Source of the DNA: an uncultured Candidatus Saccharibacteria bacterium
Lineage (GTDB): Bacteria; Patescibacteriota; Doudnabacteria; UBA920
Length of the DNA stretch: 64,000 nucleotides
Direction of reading: 5' to 3'
Assembly: GCA_964556325.1 (NCBI GenBank)
Contig: CAZKVS010000004.1
Coordinates: 2,439 to 66,438 of the forward strand
Made by a program: the position numbers and the translations under genes. The notes beneath the pieces are model-generated. The model ran no database searches and was not told the origin of the DNA. It saw only the letters and a list, made by a program, of their open reading frames with translations. This document shows positions 9,307-19,870 of this stretch, in pieces. Position 1 is the first letter of the stretch. The number at the start of each line of letters is the position of its first letter.

Positions 9307-11553
9307 TTATATCAATTTATCTTGCTCCACGCTCAACAGGCGCTCGCACACCTGCGCTTCAGCTTCTAACAACGCCATAGATACTTCAAACTTCTGTGCA
9401 GTTTTCCCGAAAGGTCGAAGGCTTTGTACAAACCCCAAAGCTTGAAACGTTAAATTCGCCTCATCAACCGAGTTAAAAAACTTCTGCGCCAATGCAACAG
9501 TAAACGGATGACTCATATCAGTATTAGGTAAACCCACATATACGACACGTTTTGCATCTAGCTTCAAAGCATTAAAACCAGCAAGAGCCGCATGCGCAAT
9601 CAAAACTATTGATTTAGTGCTAAAAGCAAAATTGCGCAATACCTTATTGACACCTCCATGAACCCCAACTGCTATAATAGCCTGCTTTTGCGAGAAGCGA
9701 GCATAGTACGCATCGTAATACGCCTTTAGCGTACGCTGGTCGGGAAATACATAATACGCTAATTCACCCGTCATTGATTGCAATAACGCTGCACCCCTCT
9801 CAGCTTCGCTGGTATACACCGCCACTGTGGGATTCACCACAAGCGGAGTACTTATGGAAGCCATTAAAACAGGAGGGGTCGTACCCATGGAAACCCTTTC
9901 AGCTATATACCTCAAACACTGCCCACTTCGCACATCGGTTGTGTACACGATCTTGCGAGCACCACGCAATATATTCTGCTGAGTGAGCGCAAGGTTGAGT
10001 GGTCGACTAATAAATACACACCGACCGTCACCAATTTCTATCCACCTCAATTCATCTATTGGGGTTTCTCTCTGAAAAAACGTTTCAACGTTCTGCACTA
10101 TTCTTGTAAAATTTTTATCGCTTGCGAGAGCGGAGAGTCTTCCGAGGCGCTGTGCGTAGTTGTTGCCAGCCTGTATAAGCTGATTTTCTACAAAAGGACT
10201 TACATCTGCCTGAGCAACTATGCCCTGCGCTACACCATGGTGTTTTTTGAGCAATAACAACACAGACGCGTAAAACAGATCTGTAGCCACTACCGCCTCT
10301 TGCAACTCTATTGCCTTACTCACATCTCCAAAGCCCGTTTCCGGATTATAAATTTGACGCAATTGATGGATAATACCCTGCCAACTCAACATGTGCCCAC
10401 TTTGCTGCTCAACCCATTGGATGTACTTATCAGTTTCACAGATCCATATGGATTTACCTGGAGGGATGCCTGCAATGCTTCTGTAATCTACGACTACTAC
10501 TCCTGCAGCTTGCGGAAAAGGACGGACTTCAGAAAAGCGCTTCTTAAAATCTACCCCAAGCAAAGACCAATTAATTTCAGCCAGCAAGGGCGTAGCCGTA
10601 GTCTGATTTGCTTGCCAAACAAGGATTTTTAGTAACGCCAGCACCTCACGTTCATGCAAAGCACCCACCGATGACTCCGCCTGCTCAATCGCTTGGCTAG
10701 AAACTGCTTCAGCAATACCTAAAAATGGAGTAGCGTAACCCTTTTTTGCCACCTCCAGCACTTGTTCCCTACTGGAGAGTGCCACTACCCAAGCCTCGCG
10801 ATCATCAGCAAGCGCTTTCCAAGGCACCTCAAACGCATTATGAACCGAAAACACAGATGACGCGGTTTCAAAAATAGGCAATGTCTCCTCGGAAATACCT
10901 ATATGTCCGACTTCTTCGAGTTGCGTGAACACTACACCGTCTAATTGCTCCGCATAGGTATCGGTGAAAAAAATTGCCCACGCATACCCTCGTTGTTGCG
11001 CAATTTTCGCCACTCGCGTTCGAGTGCCTTCTGCCAAAGACCAAAATATAGCCACTAACGCACGTAAAACCCCCACCGTAGCTTGTGCATCGGACAACGC
11101 CCGATGAGCGGAACCATGATGAATGGCCAGAGCGTGCGAAAGATTCTCTAAATTATAACTATGGTACGTAGGTAAGAAAATCTGGGCCAACTCCAACGTA
11201 TCGAGTACACCAACTTTCACTTCAACCCCAAAACCTTCCAAAAATCGCTTGTCCAAACCAACCCCGTGCCCCACAAGCATTGTTCCACGCAATAAAGCCT
11301 GAACCTCAGGAAGTACTTGTTCTTTTGAAGGGGCGGACTGTAAATCGAATTCTGTAATTCCAGTCAGACCTTGAATACGAGCATGTAAAGTAGCTTTCGG
11401 TTTAATGAGGCTATCCCACTCCTTAAGAACTACCATCTTACCCGACTGTATCTCAAACAAAACAATACCAATTTCAACAACCTCATCCACTAGAGGATCA
11501 AAACCGGTGAGCTCTAAGTCCACGCTAGCATATAAGGTTTTTTCTTGTTTCAT
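9307..11553 (-). CDS. DEDDh 3'-5' exonuclease (DnaQ/epsilon-like) domain fused to about 550-aa uncharacterised C-terminal region
   Basis: N-terminus: YASVDLELTGFDP..EVVEIGIV (Exo I), HGVGLDKRFL (Exo II), HRALSDAQAT (Exo III). No Walker A found downstream, so a DinG-like helicase call is not supported. Confidence 0.6.
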   Translation of the reverse strand: MKQEKTLYASVDLELTGFDPLVDEVVEIGIVLFEIQSGKMVVLKEWDSLIKPKATLHARIQGLTGITEFDLQSAPSKEQVLPEVQALLRGTMLVGHGVGLDKRFLEGFGVEVKVGVLDTLELAQIFLPTYHSYNLENLSHALAIHHGSAHRALSDAQATVGVLRALVAIFWSLAEGTRTRVAKIAQQRGYAWAIFFTDTYAEQLDGVVFTQLEEVGHIGISEETLPIFETASSVFSVHNAFEVPWKALADDREAWVVALSSREQVLEVAKKGYATPFLGIAEAVSSQAIEQAESSVGALHEREVLALLKILVWQANQTTATPLLAEINWSLLGVDFKKRFSEVRPFPQAAGVVVVDYRSIAGIPPGKSIWICETDKYIQWVEQQSGHMLSWQGIIHQLRQIYNPETGFGDVSKAIELQEAVVATDLFYASVLLLLKKHHGVAQGIVAQADVSPFVENQLIQAGNNYAQRLGRLSALASDKNFTRIVQNVETFFQRETPIDELRWIEIGDGRCVFISRPLNLALTQQNILRGARKIVYTTDVRSGQCLRYIAERVSMGTTPPVLMASISTPLVVNPTVAVYTSEAERGAALLQSMTGELAYYVFPDQRTLKAYYDAYYARFSQKQAIIAVGVHGGVNKVLRNFAFSTKSIVLIAHAALAGFNALKLDAKRVVYVGLPNTDMSHPFTVALAQKFFNSVDEANLTFQALGFVQSLRPFGKTAQKFEVSMALLEAEAQVCERLLSVEQDKLI

Positions 11554-11636
11554 ATACAGTATTGTACCGGTACTCCCATTAACCTGGCAAACTAAAGCAC
11601 TCTCCTAATGGAGAGTGCTTAAAAAAGACAAAAATG

Positions 11637-12704
11637 CTATTCAACGTCTGCAGACTCAGGAACCAATGCGACCCCATTCTTCGCCTGCTCTCGAACCGCC
11701 GCTACCACCTTTTGCAACACGGTAGGATTTTCTTTTAAGAAGTTTTTGGCGTTCTCTCGACCAACGCCAAGTTTTACGTCTTCGAATAGATATGTATTAC
11801 CATTTTTCTGTAAAGCGCCTAACAGCACTCCCGTATCCAGCGCGTCACCGGCGGTAGAGATTCCCCAATTACCAGGCTGATACATAACGTCAAATTCAGC
11901 GACTTTAAAGGGCGCCGCGACTTTGTTTTTAACGACTTTTACTTTTACCCTATTTCCTACCACAACCTCACCACTTTTAATCTGCGCTATCCTTCTTACA
12001 TCCATTCTAATAGACGCATAAAATTTGAGCGCATTTCCACCAGTCGTCGTTTCTGGATTCCCAAACATCACCCCAATTTTCATACGTATTTGGTTTATAA
12101 ATATGACAGTGGTTTTAGATTTGGAAATAATACCCGTAAGTTTCCGCAACGCCTGACTCATAAGCCTCGCTTGCAAGCCCATATGGCTATCACCCATCTC
12201 TCCTTCAATTTCTGCCCGGGGGGTCAGGGCAGCTACAGAATCCACCACTATCAAATCCACTGCGCTACTTCTCACTAACGTTTCAACGATATCAAGCGCT
12301 TGCTCTCCCGAGTCAGGTTGGGATACAAGCAAATCGTTTACATTTACTCCTAAATTACGGGCAAACTCCGGATCAAGAGCATGCTCCGCGTCTATAAAAG
12401 CAGCTAAACCACCTTCCTTTTGCGCTTCTGCAATCATATGCAACGTTAAAGTAGTTTTCCCAGAACTTTCAGGACCATACACCTCAATAATCCTCCCGCG
12501 GGGAATTCCACCCACCCCAAGGGCCAAATCCAAACTAATACTCCCCGTTGGATAGCTTTCTACATTTAACGCTCGGGAATCTGAGAGCTTCATAATACTC
12601 CCTTCACCAAACTTATCTCGAATTTGATCAAGGGCACTTTCTACAGCTTTTACCCGGCCACCCGCAGGAGCGGAGCCCACTTTGGGTTTAGTTGCTTTAG
12701 GCAT
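11637..12704 (-). CDS. recA: Recombinase A
   Basis: [27 protein letters not shown]...[32 protein letters not shown]. Confidence 0.95.
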   Translation of the reverse strand: MPKATKPKVGSAPAGGRVKAVESALDQIRDKFGEGSIMKLSDSRALNVESYPTGSISLDLALGVGGIPRGRIIEVYGPESSGKTTLTLHMIAEAQKEGGLAAFIDAEHALDPEFARNLGVNVNDLLVSQPDSGEQALDIVETLVRSSAVDLIVVDSVAALTPRAEIEGEMGDSHMGLQARLMSQALRKLTGIISKSKTTVIFINQIRMKIGVMFGNPETTTGGNALKFYASIRMDVRRIAQIKSGEVVVGNRVKVKVVKNKVAAPFKVAEFDVMYQPGNWGISTAGDALDTGVLLGALQKNGNTYLFEDVKLGVGRENAKNFLKENPTVLQKVVAAVREQAKNGVALVPESADVE

Positions 12705-12732
12705 AGATTATTCCTTTCAAAAAAATTTAATA

Positions 12733-13686
12733 TTATTTAGTAATCATGGACGAATGTCCTTGTATCAAACCAGAAAACGGAATATCGGTCAAAACCTCTC
12801 CTACTTTACCAAGCTGGCCAATATCGCGACCATTTAACCGCACACGGGTACCCCCTGCATTATTTGTAGTCAAAAGAATGCGATCGTTTGCAGCGAAATA
12901 TGACTCTCCGGGCACTACAGGCAAAGTCCTACCTGCGAGCAGCACAAAAGCATCTACCCCACTCTCAACCGTTACCCCCAATACGACTGAAGGAACAGAA
13001 GGTCCAGAACCAAATTTAGCCGCCGGATTATCTGATACCAAGAAAGTAATAGTCTGTTTGTTGGCCTTACCAAACCTACTACGCGCCATTACCTGCAAAG
13101 TCTGAGCGCCTGATAAAAAGCTGATTGTTCCGGAGAAAGTACCATCACTCCCAGCAAACACTGTCTGGTTATTAAACGAAACTTCACTTCCAGGACTTGC
13201 CTTCCCAGCAACATCTACCATACCGGTTGGGTATACGTCCCCTGGCACAGGCTTGTGTACGACCAAATCCGGCACCCCACCTACCATCCATATTTGAAAA
13301 GCCAAAAAAAGCAGCAAGACAAGCACGCAGGCAAGCCCCCCCAAGAAAGCAACCCGTTTAGTTATACCCCCAACAAGCACTACCGCCCAACCCTCATTCT
13401 GTAAATGAGCCGCTCGCTCCATACAAAGCACTCGTTCTCTATTAAACTGGGAAATTAGCTCAGATGACTCTACAGCGTACAATTGGGCCAGCGACTTTAA
13501 GAAGCCAGCCACATATACTGGCTCCGGCAGTGAAGTAAAATCACCCGTTTCCAAGGCTTGCAAATACTTAGGAATAATGCCGGTACGTTCAGCCGCTTCT
13601 TCAAACGAAAAACCAAGCTCTGCCCGTATAGCACGCAAGTATTCACCCAATGTTTCAGAAGATAATTTTTTTATCTCAAATTCCAT
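12733..13686 (-). CDS. RodZ-like cytoskeleton protein (XRE-type HTH, single TM, periplasmic domain)
   Basis: N-terminal HTH (LGEYLRAIRAELGFSFEEAAERTGI), central TM, C-terminal beta-rich domain. Confidence 0.55.
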   Translation of the reverse strand: MEFEIKKLSSETLGEYLRAIRAELGFSFEEAAERTGIIPKYLQALETGDFTSLPEPVYVAGFLKSLAQLYAVESSELISQFNRERVLCMERAAHLQNEGWAVVLVGGITKRVAFLGGLACVLVLLLFLAFQIWMVGGVPDLVVHKPVPGDVYPTGMVDVAGKASPGSEVSFNNQTVFAGSDGTFSGTISFLSGAQTLQVMARSRFGKANKQTITFLVSDNPAAKFGSGPSVPSVVLGVTVESGVDAFVLLAGRTLPVVPGESYFAANDRILLTTNNAGGTRVRLNGRDIGQLGKVGEVLTDIPFSGLIQGHSSMITK

Positions 13687-13729
13687 GCCAACCTCTGTTA
13701 ATCAAAGAACCAACTACGCACACCATGCG

Positions 13730-15940
13730 TTAGTTAAACCTGTCATAACCCGTACCCATCTCTTCTTCTTCACCACCCGCGGGCGTCTCTTGAGCTCCAT
13801 ACACTTCGCGCGGCTTCGCCCCTTCGCCTGGCCCCACAACCCCTCGCTCTTCCAATAAATCAAGGAGTCGAGCTGCTCGAGCATAACCAACTTTTAACCT
13901 CCGTTGCAGAAACGAAGCAGAAGCTTTACCAGCACGCAGAACCTCTTGCTGTGCCGCCTCTAATAAATCGTCTTCACTGTCACCACCTGCCTCAAAACCT
14001 GGAATTGAAAAACCTACTTTAGGCTTTTGCGTTACGTCGTCACTATATATTACTGCACCTGCTTGCTGCTTAAAGAAGTCAGTAACCTTGCGAACTTCTT
14101 TCTCCCCAATATACGAACCTTGTATACGCCTTGGTTTGTTTGATTCGGCAGATACAAATAACATATCTCCATTACCGAGCAACTGTTCTGCACCGCTCGA
14201 GTCCAAGATAGTCCGACTATCAATTTGGCTCGCCACTGCGAATGCAACCCGGGAAGTTATGTTTGCCTTAATCAAACCCGTAATAATATCCACACTTGGG
14301 CGCTGCGTCGCTAACACCAGGTGGATACCAACCGCGCGAGCCATCTGGGCCAACCGAACAATCGCAGCTTCAATATCCGCCTGAGCCACCGCCATCAAAT
14401 CCGCCAACTCATCTACCACAATTACAATGTAGGATAATGCCAAGGGAGCAACACTATTGTACTCAGCTATGTTGCGCTTTTGCGCTTCAGCAAGAAGCTT
14501 ATATCTACGGTCCATCTCGCTTACCGCCCACTTAAGCGCATTGACCGCTTTATCAGGTTCAACTATGGGAGGGGTAAGTAAATGTGGTATACCGTTATAC
14601 AAAGTCATTTCCACGCGCTTCGGATCCACCATAATTAACTTAACATCTTGTGGAGTATTTCTATACAACAAACTAATTATGAGCGCATTCAAGGCAACGC
14701 TCTTGCCAGTACCAGTAGATCCAGCAATGAGCAAATGAGGCATTTTTGCAATATCAGTAATCTGCGCCTTGCCAGCGACATCTCTTCCAAGAGCAAACGC
14801 TAGCCGACTTGGGTGATTAATAAAATCGCTTGTTTGCAACACCTCTCTCAAACTTACAATACGACTTGATTTATTCGGAACTTCAATACCCACCAAAGCC
14901 TTTCCAGGTATGGGCAGCTCCATCCGAATAGCATGAGCAGCAAGAGCCAAGGCTAAGTCACTTTTCAAACCGGCTATCTGAGAAAGTTTTACTCCTGTAT
15001 TTGGACGTAACGTATACTGTGTAACTGTTGGGCCCACATTTACCTCTCCCATCTCCACTTCTATGCCAAAATCAGCTAAGGTTTTATGAATAATAGCTAT
15101 ATTGGCCTCGATATTCCCACTGTCGACAGAAGTTTTGTGGTCGTCAAGCAAATCAAATGGGGGTAATTTCCAATCCTTCCGCTCCTCCAACACGACTGCG
15201 TCTGGCAATTTAATATCAGCTACGCCCTTGTTAGTATTTACCACTGGCATCGTCTTCACGGCTTGTTTAGCTGGAGTCATTGCCGCCGTCTCTACCGGCA
15301 CTTGAACAAAATCAGCGCTGCCGGGGCTGTTTATTTTTATAGGCGCAACCTGAGGCTGAACGCCTGCAGGCATCACAGGCTGGGTTCGGCTTTTTATGAA
15401 AAGAGGAATATTGAGAAGAACGAGTACGCCCGATATCAAACACGCCACTAAAACCAAGGTAGCAGCGGAAAAACCGAGCAACGAATAGAGAGGGGTCGCA
15501 ATCATCCAACCAAGCAAACCAGCGCCTCCGCCCAGTAACGCAAGGTCTAGGAAAGGCTGGTTTGCCATATATTGAGCAATCCCGTGCCACAATCCAACTA
15601 GCGCCAAGAAACTCAATAAAGCACCCAGAACAGTTCGCTTACCCCATCCTAGTTCACTCAAGGTCGAAGCTCGTGGCCACCCTAATAATATAGCGAGCAA
15701 TAAGAGACCAATAGGCACTAAATAACCAAAAAAGCCAAATAATATAAATAAAAATTTGGACCAGTATTCACCTACTACACCTGCTGCATCCAATAAACTC
15801 ATGCCAGACAGGGCGACCAAAACCAGCAAACCAATAACCATAAGAGCTCGCCTCGTATCGTCACTCAAATGGACGTGAAATAGACTAAAAAGGCTACGGG
15901 TTGATTTTTTCTTTGTTTCTTCTTTCTTCTTTTTTGCCAT
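13730..15940 (-). CDS. ftsK: DNA translocase FtsK/SpoIIIE
   Basis: N-terminal TM helices, Walker A GSTGTGKSVALNALI, C-terminal gamma wHTH. Start placed at internal Met (MAKKKKEETKKK) because the hsp20 terminator hairpin (15995-16027) lies in the longer ORF. Confidence 0.85.
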   Translation of the reverse strand: MAKKKKEETKKKSTRSLFSLFHVHLSDDTRRALMVIGLLVLVALSGMSLLDAAGVVGEYWSKFLFILFGFFGYLVPIGLLLLAILLGWPRASTLSELGWGKRTVLGALLSFLALVGLWHGIAQYMANQPFLDLALLGGGAGLLGWMIATPLYSLLGFSAATLVLVACLISGVLVLLNIPLFIKSRTQPVMPAGVQPQVAPIKINSPGSADFVQVPVETAAMTPAKQAVKTMPVVNTNKGVADIKLPDAVVLEERKDWKLPPFDLLDDHKTSVDSGNIEANIAIIHKTLADFGIEVEMGEVNVGPTVTQYTLRPNTGVKLSQIAGLKSDLALALAAHAIRMELPIPGKALVGIEVPNKSSRIVSLREVLQTSDFINHPSRLAFALGRDVAGKAQITDIAKMPHLLIAGSTGTGKSVALNALIISLLYRNTPQDVKLIMVDPKRVEMTLYNGIPHLLTPPIVEPDKAVNALKWAVSEMDRRYKLLAEAQKRNIAEYNSVAPLALSYIVIVVDELADLMAVAQADIEAAIVRLAQMARAVGIHLVLATQRPSVDIITGLIKANITSRVAFAVASQIDSRTILDSSGAEQLLGNGDMLFVSAESNKPRRIQGSYIGEKEVRKVTDFFKQQAGAVIYSDDVTQKPKVGFSIPGFEAGGDSEDDLLEAAQQEVLRAGKASASFLQRRLKVGYARAARLLDLLEERGVVGPGEGAKPREVYGAQETPAGGEEEEMGTGYDRFN

Positions 15941-15994
15941 GCAAATTACACTTAGGAGACTAATATGATTGTAGCATGGTAGAAAACCTAAAAA

Positions 15995-16027
15995 AAGCAC
16001 CCCCCGCCAACGGCGGGGGGTGCTTAC
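15995..16027. terminator. Terminator hairpin agcacccccc-gccaac-ggcggggggtgct downstream of hsp20
   Basis: 10-bp GC-rich perfect stem. Confidence 0.55.
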
Positions 16028-16039
16028 CATAGCTTAGTA

Positions 16040-16684
16040 CTATATTCCTTTGACTTTAATCTTCTTTGTCTTGGCTTTAGCTGCTTTTGGTACTACAACA
16101 GTTAGAATACCATCTTTTAAATCAGCCTCAATGTGTTCACTATCAATATCGACAGGCACAATCACGCTTCTGCTAAAGTTACCCCAGTAACACTCTTGGT
16201 AAAAATAATCGTCTTCAGACACCGTCTCTTCTCGCTTGCGAGCACCTTTTATGGTTACCATATCGTTTGCTACGGTAATATCCATATCTTCTGGCCTTAC
16301 ACCAGCAATAGTAGACTTAATAATGACATTATCTTTAGTTTGATACATGTCTATATTAAGTTGACCCTCAAAATCGGACAACCACTCTTCATGGTTTTGT
16401 TCCTGCACAGCAATTGGCTCCGCAGGAGCTGCAGGGGCAGCCTGAATAACTACTTCTTCTTCGGCAATCATATCTTCATCTTCCAAAAGTAAATCTGGGT
16501 CTGCCAACTCTTCCATTTCCTCATCTGTAGCAGCGACAGATGACTGGTTTGCCCCATCATCTACTAAATTGCCGCCCATAATTTTTCCAAAAAATGATCT
16601 GTCTTTCTTAGGCATACACACGTCACTAGTTAAATCTGTTGTTTCCATCTTAGCCCATGTACCAAAAGCCGTCAAACCATACAA
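16040..16684 (-). CDS. Hsp20/alpha-crystallin family small heat-shock protein with acidic N-terminal extension
   Basis: C-terminal ACD (..DKDNVIIKSTIAGVRPEDMDITV..TIKG.R..E......Y...E...G.F.R...LP..VD...I.A.L.DGIL). Confidence 0.8.
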   Translation of the reverse strand: MYGLTAFGTWAKMETTDLTSDVCMPKKDRSFFGKIMGGNLVDDGANQSSVAATDEEMEELADPDLLLEDEDMIAEEEVVIQAAPAAPAEPIAVQEQNHEEWLSDFEGQLNIDMYQTKDNVIIKSTIAGVRPEDMDITVANDMVTIKGARKREETVSEDDYFYQECYWGNFSRSVIVPVDIDSEHIEADLKDGILTVVVPKAAKAKTKKIKVKGI

Positions 16685-16700
16685 TAAAGCTTAAGCAAGA

Positions 16701-17849
16701 CTAATTTACATGAAACAAACCTGCCAGAAACCCCCCTATGTGAGAAAGCTGGGCAGGCACTAACACCTGAAGAAAATCTGAACGAGTTGCATTATTTTGG
16801 CTTGAACCCAATAGCATGGCAGCTACGCGAGCGCTCCACTCCTCGTGTGGAACATGCACTAACGAAGTTACATATCCGCCCGCCTCTAAATACAAAAGGT
16901 TTAAATCTTCTTGTCCGGGTAACGTATGGGTAACTACCAGGGGTAAACCGAACTGCCCGGCTTCCGCTACACTCAGTCCTCCGGGCTTCGTCATAAACAC
17001 GTCTGCAATTTGATACAAGTCAGACATGGGATCGTAAAACGAAACTGGTATGAGCCATGACCGACTTTTGGAAGCTTCTTGCAACTCAGCCAATACTTCT
17101 ACACTGCGACCACACGCAACGACAACTCGCACATCTACCTGTTCCTGGGAGAGACGAGCAACGACATCCTCGCACAGTTTCAACAAATCCTTTGGCAGCC
17201 TTACACCCAAGCTCCCACTTCCAATCAAAAGCACCCGTGCCTCCAGCGGAATGGAAAACTGCTGTCGAAGATCAGCTCGCCGTTCCAGCGGCAGCGGAGG
17301 CAGTGCAAACCCAACTCGGAAAATTCGCTCTGGGGATACTCCCAAGCGTGCCAAATTCTCCGCTTGCGAATCTATGTTCGTTAAATAAAAATCTGCTCGC
17401 GGATACACCCATCCTCGATGAAAATGATAGTCGCTAAATGCAACACCCCACATACCGGTATATCGCCGCGCTTTTTTTAAAACACTCAACACTGCGGACG
17501 GAGAAGTTTGAGTCGTGAGCACAACATCGGGTGCTACCTCAGTGATTATTTTTTCAATTTCTGTTTTCTGAAGCCACGCCACTGGTAATCGCAATGGCAT
17601 CATGGTAAACCAAAAGCCCCAGAGGTACAAAAATTTCCAAAGCCAAGGCGCGTGCGTATTAACCCATACGTGTACTCGTAAAAAATATTTTACCGCTGGG
17701 CTCGGGTTTGATTTCAACACTTCGCGAAGTTCTATCTGCGCCCCCGCCTGTGCTAGCCAGTAACTAATATTTTCTGCAATACGCTTATGCCCAATAGTAT
17801 GAGCAGTATAGAGTACCAAAATTTTTTTACCGAGCAATGCTTTCTCCAT
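16701..17849 (-). CDS. MGDG-synthase/UgtP-like family-28 glycosyltransferase
   Basis: N-terminal KKILVLYTAHTIGHKRIAENI (MGDG_synth motif) plus C-terminal GT-B. Confidence 0.65.
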   Translation of the reverse strand: MEKALLGKKILVLYTAHTIGHKRIAENISYWLAQAGAQIELREVLKSNPSPAVKYFLRVHVWVNTHAPWLWKFLYLWGFWFTMMPLRLPVAWLQKTEIEKIITEVAPDVVLTTQTSPSAVLSVLKKARRYTGMWGVAFSDYHFHRGWVYPRADFYLTNIDSQAENLARLGVSPERIFRVGFALPPLPLERRADLRQQFSIPLEARVLLIGSGSLGVRLPKDLLKLCEDVVARLSQEQVDVRVVVACGRSVEVLAELQEASKSRSWLIPVSFYDPMSDLYQIADVFMTKPGGLSVAEAGQFGLPLVVTHTLPGQEDLNLLYLEAGGYVTSLVHVPHEEWSARVAAMLLGSSQNNATRSDFLQVLVPAQLSHIGGFLAGLFHVN

Positions 17850-18615
17850 GTGTATGTTGTTCTAAAAATAATTTTCTTTGCACCAGCTCTCGCACAATCA
17901 AATCCAAAGTTTTTGTTCGACGCGGTAGCATACTCATATCTTCTCGTTCCGCATCTCGTTGCACAGAAGGATAGCTAAAGTCTATCACCACCTCTCCAAA
18001 TTTTAAACCCGCATACTTGCAATCGACGAGCGGACTATAGACACAATCCCACGCGTCGCTCACCTGCTGTGTGCCTGGATAGTTTAAAAAATAACTTGCA
18101 GCTCTTTTATTCAAAACACGTGGTCCAAAAAAATAATCAAACTCTTGGCCAAGCACAGTGCTACACATAGCGTTACCAGTCGCCTCCCACGATACTTGCC
18201 ATGATGGATAGCTGGCCATATCTGCCCGTCGGGGAATAATCAAATCAGCAGCACCTTCCAAAACCGGCTGCGTGATTATTTTCAAGAACTTTCCGATTTC
18301 TATTTTCTCCGGCTCCGACCACACCAAAGCACTTGGACCCTCCTCGGGTACCAATGCAAGAGCCGCACTCAGTGCGGCTCTTCGGGTAGCTCCCGTATTT
18401 TGATTTTCCATTTGCATAGTCTGCACACCTGTCTGCCTTGCTAAGGGTTCGGATAATGAGTCAGTGACCACGACCACGTGAGGAGTCACACTTCGAACGC
18501 TTCGTAAAAATTCTTGGGCGCACATTATGCGGGCCTTAAAAACATTTTCTGACATTTGCGCACGCACTGCACTCGGCTGCCAGGCGGTAAAAACTGCTAC
18601 AGGAAAAGTTTCCAT
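17827..18615 (-). CDS. Hypothetical protein
   Basis: 262 aa ORF, overlaps the start of the GT gene by 23 nt; no recognisable motif. Confidence 0.45.
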   Translation of the reverse strand: METFPVAVFTAWQPSAVRAQMSENVFKARIMCAQEFLRSVRSVTPHVVVVTDSLSEPLARQTGVQTMQMENQNTGATRRAALSAALALVPEEGPSALVWSEPEKIEIGKFLKIITQPVLEGAADLIIPRRADMASYPSWQVSWEATGNAMCSTVLGQEFDYFFGPRVLNKRAASYFLNYPGTQQVSDAWDCVYSPLVDCKYAGLKFGEVVIDFSYPSVQRDAEREDMSMLPRRTKTLDLIVRELVQRKLFLEQHTHGESIAR

Positions 18616-18621
18616 ATACTT

Positions 18622-19455
18622 TTATATCGCGGAATGTTGTTTTAAAAATTCTACTACCGTAGAGCTTACGATAGACCATGCTAAATTCAAAAATTGTGGC
18701 GCAGTCCCTTCGCCTACTCGGGGATTGAAACCTGTTGGGTATGGCTGGACAAAACTCTGCACTGCCACAACCTCTCCCGCAGCATTCAGCACTGGTGCGC
18801 CAGATGTGCTTCTGAGGGCACCTCCGGTGGTCTCCATAAACCGAACCGCGGCGCTCTCCTGGGCTTTAGAGTTTATGAATCGAGTCACCATTCCGTCAAG
18901 CGGCAACTGCGGTACCGGCAGGCTACTTGCCTCTAACACAATCACGCCCTCTTCCACTCGGGTCGGCAAATAATAAAATGCCTGACCGAGCTTACACACA
19001 GAGTCTCCTGGGTTGCACTCTTCACCTGCGAATTTAGGTGAAGTTACTACACCCAAGTCAGCTATGTTGGATACTTTTAAGAGGGCCAAATCCACGGAAG
19101 CGTGCTCATATACTTGTTCCACGGCCAGTTTCACTTCCCCAACTCGAAATTCATGAGCTACAATCCATTGTTTTTGAGGGGCAAGTTTGCCTAGCTTTTT
19201 TCTTTTCTGTTTATCATTCAAAACAGACTCTTGTTCTATCAAAAGTCGCTCGGCCTCGTAGGCCTTAAGTTCATGGTCGTGAATCTCCGCTACCCGTTTC
19301 ACCTCAACGCTGGACGCCGCAACCAACACATATCCTGTTTGCCCCAACACGATTGCCGTACTACATGTGCTTTCAGCTTCTCCGTCGAAGTACCGTATGG
19401 ACGTGATAAACGGTTTCGTAAATTCACTCGCATTCTTGATTGCCGTGCTAAACAT
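18622..19455 (-). CDS. Trypsin-like (S1/HtrA-like) peptidase-fold protein, catalytic His uncertain
   Basis: DLALLKV and TSGAPVLNAAGEVVAVQSF resemble HtrA Asp and Ser boxes (GNSGGPLVN..GEVIGI); the canonical TNxHVV His box appears replaced by VAASSV. Confidence 0.45.
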   Translation of the reverse strand: MFSTAIKNASEFTKPFITSIRYFDGEAESTCSTAIVLGQTGYVLVAASSVEVKRVAEIHDHELKAYEAERLLIEQESVLNDKQKRKKLGKLAPQKQWIVAHEFRVGEVKLAVEQVYEHASVDLALLKVSNIADLGVVTSPKFAGEECNPGDSVCKLGQAFYYLPTRVEEGVIVLEASSLPVPQLPLDGMVTRFINSKAQESAAVRFMETTGGALRSTSGAPVLNAAGEVVAVQSFVQPYPTGFNPRVGEGTAPQFLNLAWSIVSSTVVEFLKQHSAI

Positions 19456-19658
19456 ATATTATTACTTTCTGGTTAGTTACTAAAAAAGCGGACAAACCGC
19501 TCACCTTTAAAATTGTGTTTTGGTGGAACACTACGATAGAGTTCCATGAACCAATCGCCACGCACTGACGTGACAGCTGGCGAAGAAAGGTGGCGGACCC
19601 GCTCAGCGGGTCCATCGCCACGCTTAGCGTGGCTGAGCCACGTCGTTCGAGAACGACG

Positions 19659-19748
19659 TGGCGGAGAGGGAGGGATTCGAACCCTCGGCACCCTTGCGAG
19701 CACAACGGTTTTCGAGACCGTCCCATTCGACCACTCTGGCACCTCTCC
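19659..19748 (-). tRNA. tRNA-Ser(CGA), type II, CCA encoded
   Basis: Manual fold: acceptor GGAGAGG/CCTCTCC, anticodon stem ACGGT/ACCGT, loop CUCGAAA, long variable arm, T-arm GAGGG-TTCGAAT-CCCTC. Confidence 0.85.
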
Positions 19749-19870
19749 TTATTTCTCAGTTCGCGTTTTGTGTGTATGCCTGTGCCTAGAACTAACCCAA
19801 CTCGACGACGAGCTACCGTGCAACAGGATGTGCAACGCGTATGTACTATACCGACAAACTACGGTGCGAG

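Noticed and set aside
9030-9380. 116-aa plus-strand ORF in the AT-rich gap
   Set aside because: Low-complexity Ile/Leu/Tyr-rich translation of AT-rich DNA, overlaps the 3' end of the exonuclease gene and the DnaA-box cluster; no supporting features.
9307-11553. Calling the exonuclease fusion a DinG helicase
   Set aside because: Could not find Walker A (GxxGxGK[ST]) or DEAH box in the C-terminal 560 aa by eye; left as uncharacterised domain.
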